The notes below the pieces were generated by a model. It was not told the DNA's origin. It was given only the letters and a program-made list of their open reading frames with translations, and did no database searches. From Tubiluchus corallicola (taxonomy: Eukaryota; Animalia; Priapulida): a DNA stretch of 30,785 nucleotides. This document shows positions 17,985 to 26,415 of this stretch, piece after piece (within the stretch, counting starts at the first letter, position 1; each line of letters begins with the position of its first letter). Both the position numbers and the translations under genes were made by a program. The stretch spans positions 1 through 30,785 of the forward strand of contig JAQGDQ010002454.1 in assembly GCA_030141605.1 (NCBI GenBank), written 5' to 3'.

Positions 17985-19481
17985 TTACAATGAAAAAAAC
18001 TTTTCAATATTGTTTTTGGTACTTGGCTCAAAGTGTTTGTGTTCAAACGAATTTGTATACTTATTATAATTATAATCTTGTTTCCATGTTTTTTCATTTT
18101 CTATTACTTGCCCAATGGCATCCATAATATATTCCACCTCTTGATTGTGCATAGTGGGATGTAGAGATAAACGTATCCATCCAGGCTTTTCTGACAAATC
18201 GCCATCTTCAATTTTTCTTGTTATTTGGTCAGAAGCATCTTTATTTACATTTAATAGGTAGTGTCCATAGGTACCAGCACAAGAACACCCCCCTCTTACT
18301 TGAATTCCAAATTTATCGTTTAGCAGCGTTACTGCTAAATTATGGTGCACATCTTTAATAAAAAACGAAATCACCCCTAATCTTTCTCGTTGATTGTTAG
18401 CCAATATTTGTATCTTATCACCCCATGAGTCCAACTTATTAAAAATAATATTCAACAACTCGTTTTCACGTTTTTCTATATTACTTACCCCCATTTTTTC
18501 TTTTAGTTTGATGCATAAGGCAGCCTTTATAGCTTGAAGAAATCCAGGTGTTCCTCCATCTTCTCTTAACTCAATATCATTGAAATAAGAGTATTCATTC
18601 CAAGGGTTTGTCCATGTAACAGTTCCCCCTCCGGGGTGGTCAGGAGCTTTGCTTTTGTATATGTCATTGTCAAAAATGAGTACACCAGAAGTGCCAGGAC
18701 CACCTAAAAATTTATGAGGAGAGAAAAACACAGCATCCAACTTTTGTAAAGGGTTGTTAGGGTGCATATTGATATTAACATAAGGAGCAGAGGCAGCGCA
18801 GTCAACAAAACAATACCCTTTATTTTGATGCATAACCTCAGCAAACTGATGTATAGGGTTGATGATGCCCGTAACATTTGAGCAAGCAGAAAAAGAACCA
18901 ATTTTTATTTTTCTTTTCTCATATTTATCTATCTCTTTCTGTAAGTTTTCAATACACACAAGTAGGTTTTCGTTGGGGGGTACGACTACTACATCAGCAA
19001 TAGTTTCTAACCAAGAGGTATGGTTAGAGTGATGTTCCATATGAGTAATAAACACTACAGGAATATCCTCTTCATCAAGCTCAACTTTATGCCTATATTG
19101 CTCAGGCACTTTTAATCCTAAAATCCGTTGAAATTTAACTATGGCACTTGTCATTCCAAATCCAGCAAAAACAACAGAATCATCTTCGCCAGCATTTACA
19201 TGGTGTTTTATAATTTTCTTGGCTTCCTCATAGGCATGAGTCATTGCCATACCTGTTTCATTAGCTTCTGTGTGAGGGTTAGCGATTAGAGGGGCAAAAT
19301 CATTTAGAAGTTTGTATTCAATGGGCATGTAAAGCCTTCCACTTGCTATCCAATCAGCGTATAATATTTTTTTGGGTCCATAAGGTGAGTTGAAAACAGC
19401 ATTGTTTCCTGCAATGTGTTCTTTAAATTGATCAAAGTATGTTTGCAATTCTTCCATGTTTTGTCTTCCAGGTGTAATCAT
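17985..19481 (-). CDS. Aminotransferase class V PLP-dependent enzyme (cysteine desulfurase-like)
   Basis: YADWIASGR, MEHHSNHTSW, ACSNVTG, PLP lysine in SPHKFLGGPG, GGGTV, EDGGTP, RGGCSCAG. Start may be 19457. Confidence 0.88.
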   Translation of the reverse strand: MITPGRQNMEELQTYFDQFKEHIAGNNAVFNSPYGPKKILYADWIASGRLYMPIEYKLLNDFAPLIANPHTEANETGMAMTHAYEEAKKIIKHHVNAGEDDSVVFAGFGMTSAIVKFQRILGLKVPEQYRHKVELDEEDIPVVFITHMEHHSNHTSWLETIADVVVVPPNENLLVCIENLQKEIDKYEKRKIKIGSFSACSNVTGIINPIHQFAEVMHQNKGYCFVDCAASAPYVNINMHPNNPLQKLDAVFFSPHKFLGGPGTSGVLIFDNDIYKSKAPDHPGGGTVTWTNPWNEYSYFNDIELREDGGTPGFLQAIKAALCIKLKEKMGVSNIEKRENELLNIIFNKLDSWGDKIQILANNQRERLGVISFFIKDVHHNLAVTLLNDKFGIQVRGGCSCAGTYGHYLLNVNKDASDQITRKIEDGDLSEKPGWIRLSLHPTMHNQEVEYIMDAIGQVIENEKTWKQDYNYNKYTNSFEHKHFEPSTKNNIEKFFSL

Positions 19482-19548
19482 TTTAAATAAAAATATTAAA
19501 TTAAAACCAAATAAAAAACATTAAATAAAAATTTCAAACAAAAATCAT

Positions 19549-19556
19549 TATATTTG
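19549..19556 (+). promoter_or_regulatory. Bacteroidota -7 promoter element
   Basis: TATATTTG 33 nt upstream of ATG 19590. Confidence 0.55.
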
Positions 19557-19589
19557 CTTTTAAAGAGCCTACAATAAAACATAACAGTT

Positions 19590-20264
19590 ATGAGTAAAAC
19601 TAAAAACTTTGGGCTGCTTATTCTTATTATATTTGTGTCCATTCAAACGCTACAAGCACAAATAAAAATAGGGGTTAAATTAAGTCCATATCTTATTTTT
19701 ACAAATATAAAAAATGGCGACGTAGAGAACGAGGAGTACTCATATGAAGTAGGGCAAAAGAAAATATCATTTAGGCCTTCGGTACTGCTTTCGTTAGATA
19801 AGCCTATTAATGACGCTGAAAAATATTTTTTCTCTACAGGAATAGGTTTTGTTTCAAAAAGAACAAATATGAGTTTTGAGCTAGATGACAATGTTAGGCT
19901 ATCGTCATCGCATACAATGCAGTACATTAGAGTTCCAGCGACACTGAAACTGTTTACTGATGAATTGAAGTTAGACACTCGTGTATACGTTGAAGGAGGG
20001 GTGATTTGGGACATAAAAGTTAGTGATGAGCCAACTAACGATAAAGAGCTGTTAATAACTAAAGCCTCTCCGATGGCAATTTCATTTGCGGTGTCGGGAG
20101 GAATGGCGTTTAGCTTAGGAGTGGAAACCAAAATACTTGTAGGTTTATCTTATGAGCATGGGCTAAGTAATGTTGTTAAGGAATTTGGCTATGAAGGGCA
20201 AATATTTTCAAAGCCCACTTTTAGGCACCGCCTTTTTGGTATAGAAATAGGTATTATTTTCTAA
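19590..20264 (+). CDS. Small outer-membrane beta-barrel (porin-family / PorT-like) protein
   Basis: Sec signal ending LQA-Q, QYIRVPATLK.FT, Y.HGLSNV, C-terminal GIEIGIIF. Confidence 0.78.
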   Translation: MSKTKNFGLLILIIFVSIQTLQAQIKIGVKLSPYLIFTNIKNGDVENEEYSYEVGQKKISFRPSVLLSLDKPINDAEKYFFSTGIGFVSKRTNMSFELDDNVRLSSSHTMQYIRVPATLKLFTDELKLDTRVYVEGGVIWDIKVSDEPTNDKELLITKASPMAISFAVSGGMAFSLGVETKILVGLSYEHGLSNVVKEFGYEGQIFSKPTFRHRLFGIEIGIIF

Positions 20265-20318
20265 CCATGATTGATATAAAATTAGAAAAAATTTTCAAAT
20301 TTCACAATTTATCTCTAA

Positions 20319-21122
20319 ATGAAATTAAATTTAAAAAACCCTATTACCTTTTTAGATATAGAAGCAACAGGAATTAATGCAATAAAAGACAGAATAGTTG
20401 AAATATTTGCATTGAAGGTAATGCCAAATAATAGCACAACAACAGAGAGTTTTCGCCTCAATCCAGAAGCTCCTATTTCTTATGAAGCAAGTGTAATTCA
20501 TGGCATTTGTGATGAAGATGTAAAAGATGCTCCTAAGTTTAAGGATGTAGCCAAAAAACTACTTGAATTTTTTAAGGGGAGCGATTTGGCAGGATATAAT
20601 ATACTTAAATTTGACTTGCCTTTGTTAGTTGAAGAGTTTATGCGGGTGAATGTTGAGTTTGATGTTTCTAAAAAAAAGATAATAGATGTGCAAAAATTAT
20701 TTTTCTTGATGGAAAAAAGAACATTATCTGCAGCATACAAATTTTATTGTAATAAAACCTTAACGAATGCGCACGCTGCTGACTCTGATACAAAAGCAAC
20801 TTATGAAGTTTTTTTAAAACAACTTGAAAAGTATAATGGACAAGATGTAGTGGATATTAAGGGAAATAAGATAGGAAAAATAGAGAACAACATTGAAACT
20901 ATTCATAATATTATTGGGGTTAAAGTAGTTGATTGGATGCAAAGACTGACCTTGAATGACAAAAATGAAGAAGTGTTTAATTTTGGCAAGCACAAGGGTA
21001 AAAAAGTGACGGATGTATTAGAAAGAGAACCAACATATTATGATTGGATAATGCGCGGTGATTTTTCTCAGGACACAAAGCGCAAGCTCACAAAGATAAA
21101 GCTGCGAATGAAAAACAAATAA
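20319..21122 (+). CDS. DEDDh 3'-5' exonuclease (DNA polymerase III epsilon-like)
   Basis: ExoI FLDIEATG, ExoII GYN..KFD, ExoIII AH.A..D; C-terminal FNFGKHKG...YYDW..GDF. Confidence 0.9.
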   Translation: MKLNLKNPITFLDIEATGINAIKDRIVEIFALKVMPNNSTTTESFRLNPEAPISYEASVIHGICDEDVKDAPKFKDVAKKLLEFFKGSDLAGYNILKFDLPLLVEEFMRVNVEFDVSKKKIIDVQKLFFLMEKRTLSAAYKFYCNKTLTNAHAADSDTKATYEVFLKQLEKYNGQDVVDIKGNKIGKIENNIETIHNIIGVKVVDWMQRLTLNDKNEEVFNFGKHKGKKVTDVLEREPTYYDWIMRGDFSQDTKRKLTKIKLRMKNK

Positions 21123-21139
21123 AGATAAAGCCGAAAAAT

Positions 21140-22291
21140 TTAGCTAAAAGAGAGCCATTTTTTGTCACTTTTTGAAGAGCTTATTACCGTCTCGATAAAT
21201 TGCATACCTCTTACTCCATCTTCTATTGTAGGAAACTCATAGCCACGGGGAGTTTTTGTTTTATTAATTTTTGCACTCAAACAGATATAAAAGCTGCGGT
21301 ATATGTTTGCAAAGGCTTCAATATATCCCTCTGGATGCCCTGCTGAGATGCGGGTATGATTAGACGCTATTGAACTCATATATTTATTGCCTGTTCTGAA
21401 TATCTCTGTGGGCTTATTTAGCCACCGAACAAACATTGTATTGGGGTCGTGTTGATGCCAGTAAATACTTCCTTTCTCTCCGTATACTTTTATGTTTAAG
21501 GCATTCTCTTCTCCTGCACAAACTTGGCTACAATGTAGTATGCCTTTTGCTCCGTTATCAAAATGAACCAAAATATTAGCATCATCATCTAACTGCCTTT
21601 TTTCAACAAAAGTAGACACATCTGCACAGAGTTCTGTTACTTTGAGGTTTGTAATTGTTTCCGCAAGGTTCAATGCATGTGTGCCTATGTCTCCCACGGA
21701 GCCAGCTTTTCCAGAACGTTTTGGGTCAGTGCGCCACAATGCTTGAATTTGCCCCGTTTGTTCTAATGGAGTTGAAAGCCACCCTTGGGGGTACTCAACC
21801 ACTACTTTTCTGATTTTTCCAAGAGTCCCTAACTTAACTATTTCTTTGGCTTGTTTAACCATAGGGTAACCTGTATAAGTATATGCAACGGCAAATAAAA
21901 GCCCCGTTTCATTTACTAATTTTTTCAACACCAAAGCCTCTTCCATAGAGAAGCATAGAGGTTTTTCACAAACGACATGAAATCCATTTTGTAGCGCCAG
22001 CTTTGCAGGCTCAAAATGAATATGATTTGGAGTGACAATACTTACAAAATCCATTCTTTCTTTTTCTGGAAGTTGACACTCTTTTTCAAACATTTCCTGA
22101 AAACTTCTATATATTCTATTGCGAGGCAAATAGATATTTTCTCCTGAAAGGATAGATGTTTCGGGGTTGGAGCTAAAAGCTCCACATACTAACTCTATTT
22201 CATTGTCTATGGCAATAGAGGCACGGTGTATTGCTCCAATAAAAGAGTTTTGTCCTCCACCTATCATGCCCATCTTTAACTTTCTTTTCAT
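21140..22291 (-). CDS. Gfo/Idh/MocA family oxidoreductase (cytoplasmic)
   Basis: KMGMIGGG..SFIG.IH, IVTPNH.H, CEKP, YTGYPMV, EYPQGWL, WRTDP, GDIGTHA, GHPEGYIEAFANIY; no signal peptide. Confidence 0.92.
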   Translation of the reverse strand: MKRKLKMGMIGGGQNSFIGAIHRASIAIDNEIELVCGAFSSNPETSILSGENIYLPRNRIYRSFQEMFEKECQLPEKERMDFVSIVTPNHIHFEPAKLALQNGFHVVCEKPLCFSMEEALVLKKLVNETGLLFAVAYTYTGYPMVKQAKEIVKLGTLGKIRKVVVEYPQGWLSTPLEQTGQIQALWRTDPKRSGKAGSVGDIGTHALNLAETITNLKVTELCADVSTFVEKRQLDDDANILVHFDNGAKGILHCSQVCAGEENALNIKVYGEKGSIYWHQHDPNTMFVRWLNKPTEIFRTGNKYMSSIASNHTRISAGHPEGYIEAFANIYRSFYICLSAKINKTKTPRGYEFPTIEDGVRGMQFIETVISSSKSDKKWLSFS

Positions 22292-22504
22292 ATCTATGCT
22301 TGATTTTGTGTGTAGCTTTATTAAATATTTGGGTAACTCTGACCTTTTTTATACGAAAATATAAAGAAAAAATAATTATAAATTATTATATAGAAATTTT
22401 AAGTAGTAAAAATGATGTTTTTACATTTTTGAATTAAGCATAAATTTTAGAGAAAACACATAATTATGCTTATTTTTACTGAAAATATATTGACTACTAT
22501 AATT

Positions 22505-23716
22505 ATGAAACTACGATATTTACTAACCATTGCAATGTTGTTTATTTGCAACCTGTTATTTTCTCAACAATTATCAGATAAAGCAACGGCAAGTATTGTA
22601 ACGGTAGCACCAGGAAAGGAATTATATTCTGTATTTGGGCATACTGCTATTAGAATTACAGATAGCGAGTTGGACATAGATTATTTTTATAATTACGGGG
22701 GATTTGATTTTCACACGCCTAATTTTTATTGGAAATTTGGTCATGGACTTTTGCCGTATCGTTTGTCTTTACAATCTTTTAAGAGTTTTATAAGTGTGTC
22801 ATACTTTGAGCAGAGAACTACTTTTGAGCAAGTTTTAAATTTTAATTTGGAAGAAAAGCAAAAGCTATTTGATTTTTTGAAAAACAACTATTTGCCAGAA
22901 AATCGCTACTATAAATATGACTTTTTTTATGATAATTGTGCGACAAGAGTTAGGGATGTAATCAAGAGTGTTTTGCAAGATAAATATTTGTTTGAGGTGG
23001 ATAGTGCAGTTATTCAAGGCCAAACTTTTAGAAAGATGATTAATGGTTACATAAGTAGAGAAAATGTGTGGGCAATGGATGGTCTTAATTTTATTATGGG
23101 CATAAAGACGGATAGGGTGGCTATGCCAGAGGATTACATGTTTTTGCCTGAATTTTTGGCATCAGCATTGCGAAGTATTTCTATCAAAAGAGATACATTT
23201 ACTATACCACTGGTGAAGGAAGAGAACATGTTATATAGAGCTTCTAAACAAGAGGAAAATGCGTCCACTATTACTCCGGGTGTGGTTTTTTGGACAATAT
23301 TCATAATTATATCGCTTATAACATATCGAGAAGTCAAAATAAGCAAAAGGTTTAAGTGGTTAGATTTTACACTATTATTGGTTATTGGATTGGTAGGAAA
23401 TTTTGCTGCCTATATGTGGTTTTTTACAGAACACTACATTACAGAATATAACTTTCATCTATTGTGGGCGTCACCTTTGTATATTTTTGGTGCTTTTTTT
23501 GTTTTGACAAAAAAGCTTTACCCGATCCAAAACTATTATTTCTTTTTTACTTTTGCTATTGCATTGCTTCTTGCAATAACATGGGTATGGTTGCCACAAT
23601 ATTTGTCTTTTGTATATTTCCCGTTAGCATTAACAATACTTGTTAGGCTTTTTATCATTAATTGTTCTAATCCATTATTTTTAAAATTTAAAAATAAAAT
23701 AACCTTAAAGAAATGA
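22505..23716 (+). CDS. lnb: DUF4105-domain protein, probable lipoprotein N-acyltransferase Lnb
   Basis: Signal peptide from ATG 22505, PG.ELYS.FGHTAIR, YNYG.FDF, Y.YDFFYDNCATR.RD (His/Cys), MFLP, then about five C-terminal TM helices. Confidence 0.8.
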   Translation: MKLRYLLTIAMLFICNLLFSQQLSDKATASIVTVAPGKELYSVFGHTAIRITDSELDIDYFYNYGGFDFHTPNFYWKFGHGLLPYRLSLQSFKSFISVSYFEQRTTFEQVLNFNLEEKQKLFDFLKNNYLPENRYYKYDFFYDNCATRVRDVIKSVLQDKYLFEVDSAVIQGQTFRKMINGYISRENVWAMDGLNFIMGIKTDRVAMPEDYMFLPEFLASALRSISIKRDTFTIPLVKEENMLYRASKQEENASTITPGVVFWTIFIIISLITYREVKISKRFKWLDFTLLLVIGLVGNFAAYMWFFTEHYITEYNFHLLWASPLYIFGAFFVLTKKLYPIQNYYFFFTFAIALLLAITWVWLPQYLSFVYFPLALTILVRLFIINCSNPLFLKFKNKITLKK

Positions 23717-24627
23717 GCACAATAGAACAGGGCGTAGTAGTAGAGTCTACAGGAGCGTTATGTGAAGTAAAAACCAACAATGGAACTATACAGTGTAGAG
23801 TTAGGGGAAAGTTGCGCTTGAAAGGAGTGAAGACCACCAACCCTATTGCAGTAGGAGACAATGTGAGGTTTGAACGAATCAATGATAGGGAAGGGGTTAT
23901 TGTTGATGTGTTAGAAAGAAAAAATTATATTATCAGAAAATCTGTTAACAAGTCAAAAGAAGCACATATCATTGCTTCAAATATTGATTTGGCTGTTATT
24001 CTTTTTACGTTCAGGTATCCTCGCACGTCGTTAGGATTTGTAGATAGGTTTTTGGTTGTAGCAGAGTCTTTTCAAATTCCATCATTGGTGTTGGTAAATA
24101 AAATAGATATTTTGGAGGAAGAAGATGTGAAAGTGATGGAAGAACTGGAGGTGGTATATAAATCTATACAAGTTGATTTTTTAGGGGTTTCTGCATTAAA
24201 AGGTATTGGAATAGAGAATTTAAAGGAAAAATTAAGCAATAAAACTTCTTTAATAGTAGGACATTCAGGTACTGGGAAGTCAACAATTTTAAATAGAATA
24301 TGTCCTAATATTAACCAAAAAACAGCGGATATATCTTCTTTTAGCAAAAAAGGAACGCACATTACTACCTTTGCCAAAATGTTTGAAGTAACAAAAAATA
24401 CTAATGTGGTAGATACGCCGGGAGTGAAAGAATTTGGATTGATAGATTTTAAGGATAATGAAATTGCTCTCTATTTTCCGGAGTTTAAAGATCTGCTCTC
24501 AGAGTGTACTTTTTACAACTGTACGCATATTCATGAGCCTAAATGTGCGGTAATAAAAGCAGTAAAGGAAGGAAAAATAGCAATGTCAAGGTACGAAAGC
24601 TATCTAAGCATAATGAAAAATTTGTAA
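23713..24627 (+). CDS. rsgA: Ribosome small subunit-dependent GTPase A
   Basis: OB fold (C..RGK.R, NPIAVGD), circularly permuted GTPase NKID / GHSGTGKST / DTPG, Zn finger C.F.NC.H.HEP.C. Confidence 0.95.
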   Translation: MSTIEQGVVVESTGALCEVKTNNGTIQCRVRGKLRLKGVKTTNPIAVGDNVRFERINDREGVIVDVLERKNYIIRKSVNKSKEAHIIASNIDLAVILFTFRYPRTSLGFVDRFLVVAESFQIPSLVLVNKIDILEEEDVKVMEELEVVYKSIQVDFLGVSALKGIGIENLKEKLSNKTSLIVGHSGTGKSTILNRICPNINQKTADISSFSKKGTHITTFAKMFEVTKNTNVVDTPGVKEFGLIDFKDNEIALYFPEFKDLLSECTFYNCTHIHEPKCAVIKAVKEGKIAMSRYESYLSIMKNL

Positions 24628-24642
24628 AAAGAAAATACAATG

Positions 24643-24906
24643 TTAATCTGTTTTTGATTTGTTTTTTTGTTTTTTCGTAGATACTGCCGCTTTAATTACT
24701 AAAATTGACCAACGAAAAATTACCGCAACAAAGTAAAGGGCTATTGTAAGGGAAAAAACATATAGCCAAGAGCTATATAATTCATTCCAATTGGTAGATT
24801 CTAATGTTGCAATAGCATATATGTTGACGATATTGCTTATTAGTAAACATATCAAAAATATGACACTCTCTTTTTTTATGCTGATATTCACGCTTGTACC
24901 TTTCAT
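24643..24906 (-). CDS. Small two-TM membrane protein of unknown function
   Basis: 87 aa with two hydrophobic helices (N..N.YAI and W.ELY between/within) and a basic tail; 12 nt downstream of the oxidoreductase on the same strand. Confidence 0.7.
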   Translation of the reverse strand: MKGTSVNISIKKESVIFLICLLISNIVNIYAIATLESTNWNELYSSWLYVFSLTIALYFVAVIFRWSILVIKAAVSTKKQKNKSKTD

Positions 24907-24918
24907 TAGATAGCGGGG

Positions 24919-26220
24919 TTATAGTTTAAATTTTTCAGGTATTTGAAGTACTTTTTGTTGTTGCATGGATTCATCTCCAAATATGGTTGCAATAGAAGAG
25001 TTGAAAGCACCTTTTATAAACTCAGGGATAGGTTTATTTTTTCGTATAGATTCTACAAAAGCTTCTAGTTGTAGATAGTTTTCATCTGCCAGCAACTTAT
25101 TTTCTGGAGTGGCATTAATATCTATAAAATGCTCACCTGGGTTTTGTGAAGCTATTTCAGGAGCCCAGCTAGCCCCTCCTAGGGGTATGGTATCAAATAT
25201 ATTTCTTTCAATATCAGTAATTAATCGCACAATTGCAGGAGGGGTGGGAGGTGGCGCCCAGTCCTCTTTATATATTTTCTTTATTTCCAATTCATATGTC
25301 CCTTTATCTCCTAATATTTGCTCTTCTACGCCATAGTGTTTGTTAGATATCATAGAGTCATACACTAAATGCACTCCTGATGGATATTTATATATAAGGT
25401 TCACATTATCATATACTTCCCTTCCATCTTTCCAATAGTTAATGCCTCCTAGCCCTGTTACCATTGTGGGAGTCTCTTGAAGTATCCAATTAGCTACATG
25501 TATTTGATGGTTTGCCAACTCTGTCATTAACCCTAACGAATACTCCCTGTACAGCCTCCAATTAAGTTTCCTTTCAAGTTCGGGAGATGGTATTTTTCTT
25601 CTCCATGAAGCATTTCTGTGCCAATAGGCTCTGATTTGTCCGATTTTCCCAATATTGCCTTCTCTAATATCCTTAACGGCTTTAATGTAGCTAGGGTCAA
25701 AATAGCGTTGTAGGCCTATTTGTAAAACTTTGTTTGTCTTTTTTTGAAGATTAATTACATCAAGACACTCTTGAGCTGTTTTGGCTAATGTTTTTTCGCA
25801 AAACACATGCAGTCCTGCACTAAAGGAGTCTATTATCATTCTAGCGTGTTCATACAAAGGAGACGCTATAACCACTCCATCCATTGGCACCTCGGCAATC
25901 ATTTTTTTGTAATCAACAAATCCTTTAGCTTTGCAGTTTCCATCAGCTATTATTTTGGAGGCTTTTTGGTAGTGGGGATCGTAGTTATCGCAAAAAGCTA
26001 CAATCTCGGTGGAAGGAATTTTCAGTAGTCTTAATAGAAGAAAATTTCCACGTGAACCAGTGCCTATAACGCCAAGCCTTACTCTGTTGGAGGGAGTGTT
26101 TTTGGCAGCCTTAGCTTGCAACACGTCTATCCATGGTAGTGAGCCAGCTAAGGCAACTGATCCCGACATTATTTTAAGTTTGTTTATAAACTCACGTCTA
26201 CTATAGGGTATATCTTTCAT
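24919..26220 (-). CDS. Tat-exported Gfo/Idh/MocA family oxidoreductase
   Basis: Twin-arginine SRREFI plus hydrophobic stretch; Rossmann GVIGTGSRG, HVFCEK, QIGLQR, YWHRN..WRR, NWRLYREYS.GLMTEL..HQ. Confidence 0.9.
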   Translation of the reverse strand: MKDIPYSRREFINKLKIMSGSVALAGSLPWIDVLQAKAAKNTPSNRVRLGVIGTGSRGNFLLLRLLKIPSTEIVAFCDNYDPHYQKASKIIADGNCKAKGFVDYKKMIAEVPMDGVVIASPLYEHARMIIDSFSAGLHVFCEKTLAKTAQECLDVINLQKKTNKVLQIGLQRYFDPSYIKAVKDIREGNIGKIGQIRAYWHRNASWRRKIPSPELERKLNWRLYREYSLGLMTELANHQIHVANWILQETPTMVTGLGGINYWKDGREVYDNVNLIYKYPSGVHLVYDSMISNKHYGVEEQILGDKGTYELEIKKIYKEDWAPPPTPPAIVRLITDIERNIFDTIPLGGASWAPEIASQNPGEHFIDINATPENKLLADENYLQLEAFVESIRKNKPIPEFIKGAFNSSIATIFGDESMQQQKVLQIPEKFKL

Positions 26221-26415
26221 AATACATGTAGCTCAACAGCTTTTTTAAGAAGAAAGCATAAAATTTATTTCTTTAAATTTAGTGCTTGATAATGTTTTAA
26301 TAATTATGGAAGTCCATGCATTTTAGGACAATGTCAATTGTTTCATGACAGAATAATTAAGGAGCACAATTTACACAAAACTTTATAAAAAGGCAATTTG
26401 AATTAAGGTGTTTTT

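Noticed and set aside
20319-21122. DEDDh exonuclease as a defence or CRISPR-associated nuclease
   Set aside because: It matches the common Bacteroidota DnaQ-like family, with no cas genes, arrays or defence partners nearby.
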